A stretch of 64,000 nt of DNA from positions 19,227,910 through 19,291,909 of the forward strand of contig NC_134031.1 in NCBI RefSeq assembly GCF_964204645.1, written 5' to 3'. Positions 1-16,541 of the stretch are shown one piece after another (within the stretch, counting starts at the first letter, position 1; the number at the start of each line of letters is the position of its first letter). The notes under the pieces were generated by a model. The model did not search any database. It had not been told where the DNA came from and saw only the letters and a list, made by a program, of their open reading frames with translations. A program made the translations under genes and the position numbers. This DNA is from Tubulanus polymorphus. Taxonomy: Eukaryota; Animalia; Nemertea.

Positions 1-849
1 TTATCGTACAGTCGTTATTTTCTATCACTAGCTCTATCGGACGCGACGTTTCTATCGGTTGTAATGTGTAAGTATATTAATTTAGCATGTGTCTATTTTT
101 TCGGATTTATTCTGATTCGCGTTGATTCGACCGCGTTGTGCAGAGCAGCCGAATTCGTCGTGAATCTATCGATAACGTTCAGCGCCTGGTTACTGGTACT
201 CATAGCCGTTGAAAGACTCGCCGTCATAAGTTCCCCTTTTAAAGCTCGGCGGTTCTGGACCCCGCGAACAACTTCGCTGTTAAGTTCCTTCCTTTTTACG
301 TCATGTTGCATTCTATATCTGTTCAATTTATGGGATATTTTCTACGTTCCGAAAATTGGTTGCTTTTATACGGAATTCGGTTATGAAATTCGCGCCATTT
401 TAACGTCAGTTTTCTGTTCATATTTACCCACTGTTCTGTTGACTATTTTCTCGTCTGTGATGGTCGTCTGTTTACGTAAGAACAACCGAAGATTACAGCG
501 AAGTAAATTTTCCGGCAACTCATTTCATAAATCGTCACAGGCGTCTGCTTGGAAACAAAGCTCTCGCAATTTCTCATCGTCGGGTAGCAACCAAGTTACC
601 CGGATATTTTTTGCCGTTTGTGTATTCTTCTTGGTTACTACGACTCCCGTTTACGTCATCGTCGCATTGTTGCAGAATCCAGCGTTAACCGACGCGTTAT
701 TTCTTCCGTTCTCCGTAAGCGTTGACGTTCTGACGCTGAATTATTCGGCTAATTTTTATCTGTACGTGGTGACGGGAAAAGAAATTCGTAACGCCGTCAA
801 ACAATTGTTTTGTCCACCTAGAAAATTCTCGTCATATAAAAGAAAATAA
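1..849 (+). CDS. Class A (rhodopsin-like) GPCR, FMRFamide/peptide-receptor-like; 5'-truncated by window edge
   Basis: Frame is open from base 1 (LSYSRYFLSLALSD, TM2 LAxxD). Also TM3 Cys and AVERLAVISSP (DRY equivalent), TM5 YLP, TM6 FFLVTTTP, TM7 NYSANFYLY and helix 8 GKEIR. No introns in this part. AATAAA near 1046. Confidence 0.9.
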   Translation, partial: LSYSRYFLSLALSDATFLSVVMCKYINLACVYFFGFILIRVDSTALCRAAEFVVNLSITFSAWLLVLIAVERLAVISSPFKARRFWTPRTTSLLSSFLFTSCCILYLFNLWDIFYVPKIGCFYTEFGYEIRAILTSVFCSYLPTVLLTIFSSVMVVCLRKNNRRLQRSKFSGNSFHKSSQASAWKQSSRNFSSSGSNQVTRIFFAVCVFFLVTTTPVYVIVALLQNPALTDALFLPFSVSVDVLTLNYSANFYLYVVTGKEIRNAVKQLFCPPRKFSSYKRK

Positions 850-1799
850 TCAACACAAGAATTAACCATTTTTATACGGTTGGTTTTTATTCTATGGGAA
901 TCCATTGGGCTTAAGATTATGAACCCAGCTCCGCAGCTTTCGCTTCAGATTTGACAAATTGCTGACACGTTCTTGAACTCTCGGGGAGGGAAATCCTGGC
1001 TGAAAACTCATTGCACATCTACAAATTTGATGATTGGTTGGTAAAAATAAAAGAGAGAGAGAGAGATCCATTATGTACTGTAGGCCTAATCACACTATAA
1101 TCGTATTGATTTAGAAATCAGGTAACATTTACAACTCAAACTACATAACATTCAGCTTGAAGATACATGAAAATGATTCCAACATTTCCTATGGATTTAA
1201 CCATTTTTTTGTCGATGGATTTTTGCAGAAACTGTGATCATTATTATTCGGAAAAACGTAGGGAACAAATTAACAACGAATTCACGTATATCATAATTAC
1301 GATAAATAGCATATCATCCCGGCTATCAAGGAATCCTTACGCGCTAAATCAGTTTTTTGTTGCTCCATGATTAACAAATCTATAAGGTGCTAAAATGCCG
1401 ATTGCCATCGAACGATGGTCGAATTAATTCTAGGAAAAAATTCATAATTCGTTTCTGCCCTAGGAATCTATTGACGCTACGTTTTCGTGGTTCTCAAATT
1501 AGAATCGACGTTTCGCCTGTTTAGATTCTAACTTAGACTGGTTACCGGTCTCTATCTTCATATTGAATGGGACAGGCAACCAGTCTATACCGTTGCAATC
1601 TCGATGCCATCAGGTTCGAATCCCTCCCTGGGGGAGGATGGGCAAAAATCCTCTACCTTTCAACATCAAGTGAAGAGCTCGTGGTGATCCAACAAACGAT
1701 ACATCAATGAAGCACAACATCTTATATTTTGTTCATAACCAGATTCATCAAATGAACGTATTCTGAGCTTAGGAGAGCAAAATTTGCAGGTCAGGGGCG

Positions 1800-2210
1800 A
1801 CTGGCAGGGTCGGGCTATGGGTGATTTACTGGTAGGGTCGGGCTATGGGTGATTAACTGGAAGGTCGGGATCATGGGTGATTTACTGCTGAATAGAGGAT
1901 GTACAGGGGTGTCACGGGTTTGAAACCTAGTAATTACTGACACTGATAAAGAGTGGTCCTGATGCTGAATAGAGGATGTACAGGGTTGTCCCGGGTTCGA
2001 ACCCAGTAATTACTGATACTGATTCAGAGTGGTCCAGATGCTGAATAGAGGATGTACAGGGGTGTCCCGGGTTTGAAACCCAGTAATTACTGACACTGAT
2101 TCAGAGTGGTCCAGATGCTGAATAAAGGATGTACGGGGGTGTCCCGGGCTTGAACCCAGTAAGTACTGATAATGATTCAGAGTGGTCCAGATGGTGAATA
2201 AAGGATGTAC
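1800..2210. repeat. Compound tandem repeat: ~3 x 28-bp units followed by ~4.3 x 76-77-bp units
   Basis: Unit TGGyAGGGTCGGGCTATGGGTGATTTAC at ~1800-1885. Unit GCTGAATAGAGGATGTACAGGGGTGTCCCGGGTT(T/C)GAA(A)CCCAGTAATTACTGAyACTGATTCAGAGTGGTCCAGAT restarts at ~1887, 1964, 2040, 2117 and 2193. Confidence 0.85.
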
Positions 2211-4680
2211 CGTGGATTAGCGGATTTTTCATACACTAATGTGAATTGTCTCTGGCAACCAAGAGTCTACTGCCAGAGTCAGTTCGTGTTAGTTTATGCA
2301 AATCCAAGCATAGTGAATCTTAAAAATCGGCAGAACATAGCATCACAACCACTGACTGGTGAACTAATTAAGTTCAGAGTAGCTAATTAACTAAACAAAC
2401 AAAGAGTTTCTAACAATTATATTTACTCTCATACAACAATTATACAAAATGCCAGGTGTGCTCGAGAAATTATAACTTAAGTTCCTCAAACACGTGGACT
2501 GTATTTCAAAAACAGTCCAACCATGGACGTATAAACTATAAACTAGAGTTTATACGTCCATGGTCCAAGCATAGACTCTAAAAGAGAAACGTCTATAGCA
2601 CACAACCATGGACTCTAAACTGTGAGAGTGCATGGCTCCCCGCACTAAAACCAGAGATAAACCTGGCCGAATACCCTGGAAAGCGTAAGATTTAATGAAT
2701 CGTTTAATTTGCAGTTTAAATTTAGCGCCATTCTCGCGAGATTATCAACAACCCGGAAGTAAAATCCAAGCCAGTTAACAAGCCCCTGTGGGTCATCGCG
2801 CATAGTGAATTATATGGAAGACCTGGGAGGGACATGCCAGTTGCTAGTTGCCAAATACGGCATTTGATAGTTGTTCTCCGCCCGCTAGCGCCACCTCGGT
2901 ATATACCTTTTGTTATTCATTGCCGCGAAATTGCATGATCAAAAGTATGATCATGAACCCTATAAAACCAAAGTTGGCATAATACATCGATAAAATGCAA
3001 AAATATCTCATTCAATCAGAATCATATTTTTAATGATTATTTTTGGATGACACCTGGACCGGACCAGGCCAAGAGCACTGTTGATCGACCAGACTGAGGC
3101 GCGTCGTATCCATGACGACTCGGAGCTGTCGCCCGCCCAGCGGCAGTGCTCGTTTCAATTTCATTGATTTCTTAAACTGAAGAAAATGTTGAAATTTGGC
3201 CGATACGGTCTCACACGTTCACTGAAGTCAGACTCGAGCTGCGCAGTTTTCGTATAACTAGTGCGCATGCCGCGTTTCGGCGACCGCCCGGTCCATATTT
3301 GACTTAAATCATATTCGTTCCTGTTTTGAGAAAAGGGGTCAGTCAATTAATACGTTGAATGACTCAAACGTAATTTGCGACTGCGCCCGAGTGACGCGTG
3401 TGTGCCCGAGTAAAACTCCATGACTATTTAATCAATGATTATGGGTACTACCATCCAACGGTGTTAGATGTCTAAAATCATAGTCTTAACCATGCCCCAC
3501 TTTCATCTCTGAGTCAAGGGTCCGCCTATAAAGAATTTCATGCATTCTCAGTCCGCAGATCGAGACACGACCCGAGAGAGCTGCGCTATGCCAGAATCCC
3601 ACCTTGTAGTACCGGACCATGTGACGATGTGTCACACCAGGGCTAGGTGGGGAGTTTTACAGAACCTAGTGGATGACTTCAATAAAATCACGACCACCGT
3701 TGATACAATGCTGGACTGCCACAATTTGTCACAATTAATTTTGATGGAGGATGGATGATAGGCCAATATCCCTATATAAACAAGAATCTTTTTTATATAG
3801 GGATACTGGTATCATCCACTTACACCTATTGTCAGTCATGCTCCGTGTCACATGGAAGCGAATGCGTTCACGGCTTTAAACTGATTAAAATCTTTATTTG
3901 CCGAAAAAATGTCTAGCGTGTGGGAATTACAAGTGGAAGGAAAAGGCTACTTCATGTATTTCTAGTCAATGGAGCAAAGCCATTAGGTTAGTATTGACAA
4001 GAAGCTCCAATCCGGAGCGCTTCCCTGTTCCCTACATTATGTAGACTGCTGGTTACCGGTCTCTATCTTCAATTAGATTCAATATTCTTCGATATTCCAT
4101 ATTGAATGGGACAGGCAACCAGTCTAGATTAGATGAACGATGGTTGTCTGTCAAATTTTGACTGGTTGCCTGTCTTATTCTACGAAACAATTTCTCGGAT
4201 TTTGACTTATTCGAAGGTTCACATTTCTTTACACAGAAAAAAAATCTTATGACTTCCCCTCAGCAGGGATTTTTGTTTATGGAGACCTCGTCAAAACTCA
4301 ATGGATATATGATTAAAGCTCTAAATTGATGTAGATGTTGGTCGAATTCCGGGGCTGCCTAACACGAACGGCCCCGGGCTAGCTAAGTTCGGCACCAACG
4401 AACTTTCCATTATTTTCTATCGTAATTTTGTGATATTACAATAGTTGCCGGTACTGCGTAATTCTACGAACAGATCTGCTCATTACACGAATTCAATGAA
4501 AATGACATTCGCGACAATTTCTTTAAAACAACATATTTTCATCGGTCCTGGTGGCGTTATAAAGGACTTTTTTAATGTTAGATTTAATTTATCCATTCCA
4601 TCAACTCCGGGCATCAACTTCGGCGAACGGCAACCAAAAGCCTAGCAGCGAATCAAAAAAAGTGTAGCTATTTAGCTAGG

Positions 4681-8910
<4,230 letters not shown>

Positions 8911-10154
8911 TGATAGTTCGGTCGTTAGTTGTGGATGAAAGATAGTAATAGTTACACGTATAATGAATAGTTGGTGTATGAATGTAGTATCAAACTTCGT
9001 ATATTTTCGTATATTACGGTGACGTCATCAGCGATCTACCGTATTTGGCTAAAGAATATCGACATATTGAACTGAATATTGACAAAATAAAACATTAGAT
9101 CCATTACTTTTATATCTTTATCTAAGTTCTGTAGACTCCTCTTTCTCATCGACACTGATCGATAAATAAAATCCACCGTTTTTTCGATGCAAACATGAAA
9201 TCCTCTAATAACTCAGTGTTCAAGACGACTCAGCTCAACTATTTGATTTTAGGCTAACCATTAATGAAACAGGCTTTCGATGTTGTAACGATGATACAAA
9301 TCCCTTACATTAAAAACTCCCTTGCTTGGTTAGTCTCTTTCTTCTCGATTATCTCATATTTTAATTCAATCATTCATTGTATAAAACGCTCTAATTCGTA
9401 TCAACTGAAGATAAATGACAAAGTCCCACATTGGAATCTTATGCGAAATTCATCAAAATGAAACCACAGCGTGTCGGCTTTTGACGGGTGTTCGTCGACA
9501 GGGAAACCTCGCTTCGTTCTGAACTTGTTCATTTCGTGCAGGTATTCCTGAAGATGACTTTAGAATATAGTCGAAACGTTAATCAAACTTCCAGCTCGCA
9601 GAATCATTTCGTACTAAGTATTTCTCTTAGTGTACAGGTTTCATTGTTTGGCATCAACTATAATCTGTGGTTAACTCAATTCATTTTCAATTGAGTTAAA
9701 CCCCGGGCCTAAGTTGATACCATTGTATAAAACCGGGCCCACGATTTTATATCATAGATTTACCTAGAATCTTACGTATAGTTAGAAGCTCGGCAGAACA
9801 ATTCTAAGAAATATTCCTGCAGAAGCTACCGATTAGAGGAGTAAAAAAACCAGTAAAACCTGAAACGATTGTGATTAGAAAATGCATTGAATCGAAACAT
9901 TTGATTTTAACGCAAAAATAGACAGTTTTAATTACGAATATTTAACATGATACTGAATTGTCTCGAATCGACAAAATCGACGAATTTCGGTCGTAATAAT
10001 TTCTAAACAACAACAACCCGACATCGAGAAGAACATGAGTAGAACAAGTTGAACTGCGTGTTTTTGAGAACTTTCTACGCGCTTTGATGTGTTAGAAAAC
10101 ATGGTGACTGACAGCTGAACCGACGAGGACAATAAATCTGCTGCTGTCCTCGCT

Positions 10155-10412
10155 CACATACACAGGTATTCAATACGACTCGTAAAGAACGCGTGTTCAC
10201 ACACACAGGTATTCAATACGACTCGTAAAGAACGCGTGTTCACATACACAGGTATTCAATACGACTCGTAAAGAACGCGTGTTCACATACACAGGTATTC
10301 AATACGACTCGTAAAGAACGCGTGTTCACATACACAGGTATTCAATACGACTTGTAAAGAACGTGTGTTCACATACACAGGTATTCAATACGACTCGTAA
10401 AGAACGTGTGTT
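10155..10412. repeat. Minisatellite, 6 x 43 bp
   Basis: Unit CACATACACAGGTATTCAATACGACTCGTAAAGAACGCGTGTT starts at 10155, 10198, 10241, 10284, 10327 and 10370, with few substitutions and no spacers. Confidence 0.95.
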
Positions 10413-11958
10413 CTGCCCGCGTCGATAAACGACAAACCGTTGAATCTGGACACGAACACCTGAAACAAAAATTCATTAAAACGTTGATTTCTTTTTATTC
10501 ATAATTTACCATTTTTAGCTTCCATTGAAATTGTAGAATCTATCGCTTTAATATTAGTTATATATATTCTTTCCCTCTTTGAACGATGCATTTCATCATT
10601 CTTTTAGCCAGGGACATATTTTTGTGATTCTATAGTCAATTCAACAACTAAAGCCCAGTTTTGTGATTTTAAGACCATTCATGGACTACTGTCACAACTG
10701 CGCAACTGGGCCCAGAAAATATTTCCAAGAAATTTATATATTTTCTTTTAGTGATTTGATTTTGACATTAATGATTTTTATTTCCGATTTCTTTTTCGAA
10801 AACACACATACATGTACATGTATATTCCCAAGAGATTTCGACGCATTTTATGCGAATAGGTGAAGGTCTACTTACGCCGAATTCACTACCATATCGCAGT
10901 CATCGAAGATTTCTCTTTCGTAATATAGAGGGCGCACCGTCCAGGGACAGACGGCCCACTGGCAAGGCATATTTTTACTGCAGACGAATTTCTCATTATC
11001 AGTATATTGTTTCTTGTGTTTAATCTAAAAACAAGTATATATATGCACTTCAGAACTACATGTACACAGTGTGGGAAATTCGGCCGTAACGCATTTCACA
11101 TTGTCGGCCATCTTGGAACTAGGCCCGAACTACAGCGACCGTGCTCTCAATCCCGTGGTCGAATATTTCCGGGAAAGAGTTCCGACAAACTGACATTCGG
11201 TTTCACTTTAGTTCTCAAATAGTCGACTATCTCCGATGACCGAAACAGTCGAGATAGTCGACTGTTCGCGAACTAAATAAAACCGAATGTCAGTCGGAAC
11301 AATGGTCCCGATATAGTCGGGATTGAACACGGTCGCTGTGTAGTTCGAACCTAGTTTCAAGATGGCCGAAACTGTGTTAAATGCGTGAAGCTCCGACCAC
11401 TATTCAACTAACTCCGATAACAGAAGTTCGCCCGTGATAGATGGTTTCATCATCCTTACATTGCATCATCCCCGTATGATTCACATACTCTTTAAATGAT
11501 AGGAAAATTCTAATTCAAAGAAATCCACAAAAACCTTTAAACGAATAAATTATGTCGGCGTATCTTTGGAACAAGCCAGTTGAAAGTACGAAAAAATCAC
11601 CACCCAAAAAATGTCTAAAATCTATTTTCAAAATGAAGGTAACCCATGATTAGACTTCATGGCATAATTTCGGTGACGTACTACAAAATTAACTCCTACT
11701 CATAGATATTTCAGATTCTTAGCCACAGCAACCACTTGATATTTCTTACATAATTACGAAAAAAATCCCGAACATCTTTGAAAAAAATAGATTCTGAGAA
11801 AATAGTGACCACAAACATACCTGCGACAAACGTAGAGTGCTAAAACTTTCCACCATCGTACAGCAAAGTACAACAGTGAACAATACTAGAACCAATCCGC
11901 GTCTGGAGTTTCCCAGTAACTTTGGGACAGCGAAACACGACTCAAAATGCGAATACAT
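10369..11958 (-). CDS. Small secreted cysteine-rich protein (125 aa, 8 Cys in mature part), unknown family
   Basis: Exons 11958-11821 (phase 0), 11024-10876 (phase 2) and 10459-10369, with canonical sites (CAG|gtatgt, tttttag|, GC|gtaagt, tttcag|). Product: MYSHFESCFAVPKLLGNSRRGLVLVLFTVVLCCTMVESFSTLRLSQIKHKKQYTDNEKFVCSKNMPCQWAVCPWTVRPLYYEREIFDDCDMVVNSACSCPDSTVCRLSTRAEHTFFTSRIEYLCM*. Hydrophobic signal-like segment and upstream TATA box. Confidence 0.8.
11089..11386. mobile_element. ~300-bp foldback/MITE-like imperfect palindrome in intron
   Basis: Arms pair along the length: ACGCATTT/AAATGCGT, GGCCATCTTG/CAAGATGGCC, CAGCGACCGTG/CACGGTCGCTG, GACATTCGGTTT/AAACCGAATGTC, AGTCGACTATCTC/GAGATAGTCGACT. 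Confidence 0.8.
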
Positions 11959-12054
11959 GCTGGTATAATGATGACGGTAGGTTTCCTACAGGTTTGTGAT
12001 ATGTTTCTCGCTTGTTAAGTCGTTGTAGTTGTTATTGCCCGCACGGTTTCGGCT

Positions 12055-12095
12055 ACTGATGTGACCGTCGTATCGTTTTGATCATCGCTTTTATA
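12055..12095 (-). promoter_or_regulatory. TATA box and putative Inr of the Cys-rich secreted gene
   Basis: Minus-strand TATAAAA at 12095-12089, then TCACATCAGT ~30 nt downstream, ~100 nt before ATG 11958. Confidence 0.6.
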
Positions 12096-14608
12096 CGCGC
12101 TAGCAAAACGCGTAGGTGTCTGACTCGGTCGAAAAGCGCGAATGGTAATCGCTAATTGCTACCGGTGGGTGTGTACTTCGCTCTCTCATGCTCCTGTGGT
12201 CACCAGAGCCCGTGTTAGGCAACATTCAACGCGGGATTCGTGACATTTTCGATGGCTGACAAGATTAAAAGATACCAAATTTAACTTTTGAATTTAACGA
12301 GGGGGGTACGATCATTCCCGAGTGAAACGATACTTAAATATAGGGCAATTAGAGCAAATTGAAAGCCAAATGAAAAGGAAATCAGCCATTTATCTAGCTG
12401 AAATAAACGGTTTTTCTAAGTCTCATTTCTAAGTCTAATCGTATAACATCACGGATTATTTACGCGCAAATATAGATGATAAAACGACGAATGCGAAATT
12501 ATTTGATTCGTCTTTCGTCTTAAAAGGCGAATGGGTTTCTCCAGAATAAACCAACAACCGGTTTACAATCATTCGCTAAGTTTTCCTAAGCTGTTGAAAA
12601 ATGTTCATCCACGCAGTAGAAAAGACAAAGTGCATCATTTATCAATTCGCTTGCAATTTTAACTCTTTACAAACATGACTCGGTTTTGCAGTTTTGAGTA
12701 AAATATGAATAAGTTTATTTCAGTATTATGATCGATATGAAGGACCGGAGCTAACGCATTGAGGCCACATTCTTTACTATAGAGGATTGTTGCGGTTAGT
12801 TTCATGGTCAACGGATATTCCCATAAACCACAATAAAAGCGACTTAATCAGGTCTCAGCGATTAGTTACTAACCATGTTCAAACAACTATACATTTCATT
12901 AGCTACATTTCTCCAAATATGGTAACTTTTCGCATTAACGTCCCATCACACTGCTGACCTAATTCCCCATAAAAGGTCACAGAGCGTTCAGGCGTTCGGT
13001 GGAAAAACGGAGAATTCTTCGATACCACGAAACTGCAGACCGCACTCGAGATGTACGCGGTTGAAGTGTATGGGCTTCAGCGTCTAAACAGTTGTTGTTG
13101 TGAATTATTAATTTGTGGGCGGAAGTAATGAACAGAGCCGGAAAAGGGCCCACCTGCTAAATTCCGTCGGCTGCTAATAGACTCTCCTTAAAAATATACG
13201 TGATAATTCATATTCTTGTAATGGGATTGCTAGCGATGTTTTCTAGGGGTTGTTGCATTGGCCCACGTATATGTACATATACGTCTTCATGCAATATCAG
13301 AAAATATTGCGAATTATATCAAGGAAACTGAACCGTTCGTTGATTTCTTACCGGTAATGAGCCATTGGTATTCGTGGGCCGTTGTTTTCATAATTGTAAA
13401 TTGAAAATTCATTTTTGTATCGTTCTCATTGATAACATCGTTCAGACTGGTTGGAAGAGTGTTTTGAGTGAACCGGAACTGAATTTCCCAATTATGTACT
13501 TTGATTTAAACAAAACATTCTGTCAACTCGACTGCTGATCACACAACTACATGACGTATATCTGTACTTCGATTTCCGATTTAAAAATCAAATCCCCTCT
13601 TTCGTTCACGGCAGGCGTGGTGGGTTTGTTGGGGACACCAAATCAAAAAATCAAATGAAATCTCACCAATCAAATAGATAACAGGGTCAATCCCTATTTT
13701 AAGATAACAAAAATAACTCAGGGTCGAAATTTGTTCATGTACGCGACCGTAATAGAATGTTTCTGTCATATATTCGACCCTGGGATTCTTAACAAGTGCT
13801 CTATGACGTCAACCATCTCAATTAAGTTACAGAAATACGAAACGCCGATTCGAAACAACAAATAGCTAAAACTTCCTGCTGAACTATTGCGTTAAGATGA
13901 TATTGTATGTTATTCACTATGAAAATATTAACGAGCGCCAAAATAATACTCGATATTGATAAAAAACGAATGCAAAATCGATTGTTATACAAGTATTTAG
14001 TTATTTTGATGAATAAATATTATCGTTATTATATATTACTCTATCATTGATATTACACGGACGTTAGTATTTCATCAGCGGTTTATCAACGGACGCTATG
14101 TTTCCCTATATGTGAAGTGTAAAAGTCGATTAATCGGTCGATGTTTATTTTCAAGACGATAAGATGTACTGATCGAAAAGAACAGACCGAACATCTCGAA
14201 CTAAACGATTTACAACATCGTAAATTCAACTGATAGAAATAACGACGGTTATATTGAATGTTTCGATTGATATCGATGTATTTTTCTACATTCTATTGTC
14301 ATCGCCTGATAGAAATCTATAAAGCAATAGCGTTAATATTTCTAAACAAATGTTATCATTTCCTTATCGTTTAAGTATCCAATTTACTGCTGGAAAACGA
14401 GGACAATTTTATGATCGGATATATTTGTGCGAATTGTTATAATCCCATTAAATTGTAGCGTAACAGATGTATTTTTTCTCCCATCGCCAACATCCCGTAG
14501 TTCGCAGTAATTTGTTCACGTTTTCTATTGAAATTTCGTTTTTCGAATAGTTAATGATGCATCAACGTTGTTTGTCGATGGATGAAATTGATTTCATCTG
14601 CACGAAGA

Positions 14609-14689
14609 TATAAAGCTCCTCCCGACGAAATTGAAACATCACTGGTTGAAATCGTTCCGCGAGAGGATCGAATAAACCAATTCCGAAAA
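14609..14689 (+). promoter_or_regulatory. TATA box and non-coding first exon of Pro-rich peptide gene
   Basis: TATAAA at 14609-14614, TCACT Inr-like site near 14640, donor GTAAGT at 14690, matching acceptor ttttttaaaatag| at 15358. Confidence 0.65.
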
Positions 14690-15392
14690 GTAAGTAGATT
14701 TCCGTTTCTTTTTCTTTTTATGTAAATAATAACGTGCAAAATGGCAGAAATGATGGTTGAGAATCGTTCGGTCCGTGATGTGATAAGACAAATTTTAATT
14801 CTAATTCTATTTCAATCGTTATTAATTCGTTCCAAGAGCTGAAACTATTGACCAAATCAATCTTGTAATCAGCCGCATATTTTGATAATGTGTAGGTTAT
14901 TAGGTTTCATTTTCACGACGCCTCAGAATCAGACTTGTCACTCTGCACTGTGTTTGGAAGTTGAATCGTGTTACTTTTTAGGGCGTGCCGCCTTGATTAC
15001 GAGAGTTATATATATATATATATATATGTAATACCCTGTGGCTTCAGGTCACATGAGGGCAATAGATGCCGGAAATAGCGAAATCACAGATGGCAGATCC
15101 CGCACTTTTAGACGTTTAAGAAATTGAAGGTTTATTTATTATCATTCTTAGTCTTCAAGTATATATGGGGTTAATCTTAATCGTATTTTTCGCGGGTTAG
15201 AGCGTGTTTGATGAATCTTTCATTACAGATTAAAAATACGTACAATATACGTACGAAGTAAATAGATGGAAAAGAGATTTATTTTCATGGAAATGTTACA
15301 TCATTGGACGTTATTACAAATATGATTTTTTCAAGATTGTCGATTTTTTTTAAAATAGATTTATACGCGTTCGTGGTACGTAAACCGTGGCA

Positions 15393-15678
15393 ATGAAAGC
15401 GTTTATCGTTCTGTTACTGACCGCGACGTTGGTCATCTGTCACAAAAACGTCGGCGGTACAGCAGTAGGTGGGTATCATTTTAAAATCGTAGCCTTGTAA
15501 AGGAATACAAAAAAATCCAATAGCCATTTAGAATTTGCTCTGATATGAAATTTGGTTTTAAATAGATCTGACGGCTGACGCTGAACACGAAGAGTTTGTT
15601 CGAGACACGGCAACACCGCCACCACCTCCTCCAAATACGGATGTCAACTCACCTGCGCCACCACCTGATGGTAGATAG
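15393..15678 (+). CDS. Small secreted proline-rich peptide precursor (62 aa) with C-terminal Gly-Arg amidation signal
   Basis: Exons 15393-15468 (G|gtgggt, phase 1) and 15566-15678 (ttttaaatag|). Product: MKAFIVLLLTATLVICHKNVGGTAVDLTADAEHEEFVRDTATPPPPPPNTDVNSPAPPPDGR*. Classical signal peptide. AATAAA at 15772-15777. Confidence 0.78.
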
Positions 15679-16541
15679 AAAAGCGGCACCAAGAGGCGAC
15701 TAGTGAAATACATTACTGAGTGTTATATCTGTCACAGTGTAGGCCTGCTACTGAATACGAGTATATATGTCAATAAACATCTGATTATCTTTTCGGTCAA
15801 TCTTCTTCTTCCGCTTAAATTCCCTTCGTTTTGAAGATTCTCGGAAACTGTCAGTCTGTTGAAAGAGTTTCTTTCTGAGATCAGTGAATCGGGGAACACG
15901 AGGTCATGTCCTGACCGAATAGGCTGGTTTCACTGGGTTCCGACCTGCCATCTCATTGCCACAAACATCCTATCCAAACAAGCCAAGGACTCACCCAAAC
16001 CTATCCAACAAGCCACGAACACAGAACTCACAAACACTGTTTTCATCAGTGTAATTCATTAGTGAGTCGGGAACCATTGACATGCCCTGCTGGCTGAATA
16101 TAACATTGTTTCACTGGCTGGATTCGGAACTATCAGTTTTGGGTCAAAGCACAGGTAAAAAAACAAATCTATTTTATGCTTTAACAAGTTTTCTTTTTCC
16201 GAGCGAAAACGACACGACGAAGTTAGAAAAGCGAACGTTTTTATTACGCAAATCTTAATTGAAATAACACGAGTTTTACAAACATTAATATATATATAAA
16301 CACATGAAAGTGGCCAACGAACCGGGGATAATGTTTCCTCAATTAACTCGGGCAAGAAACAGAATCTATCACTTCCAATCATTATAGAGGTTAAGGTTAA
16401 ATTGTAGTATACGGAGACCGGTTCCGGTTCTGTAGCCAATGCCTCGATAAATCTCATTATTACATCATTTTAGCACGTCGGAAATCGTGGTATGATATCG
16501 TTCATCAGACCCGTCTATTATACTCATTCTGTAAAACCAAT

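Noticed and set aside
10155-10412. CRISPR-like array
   Set aside because: Repeats are head-to-tail with no unique spacers, there are no cas genes, and the context is eukaryotic.
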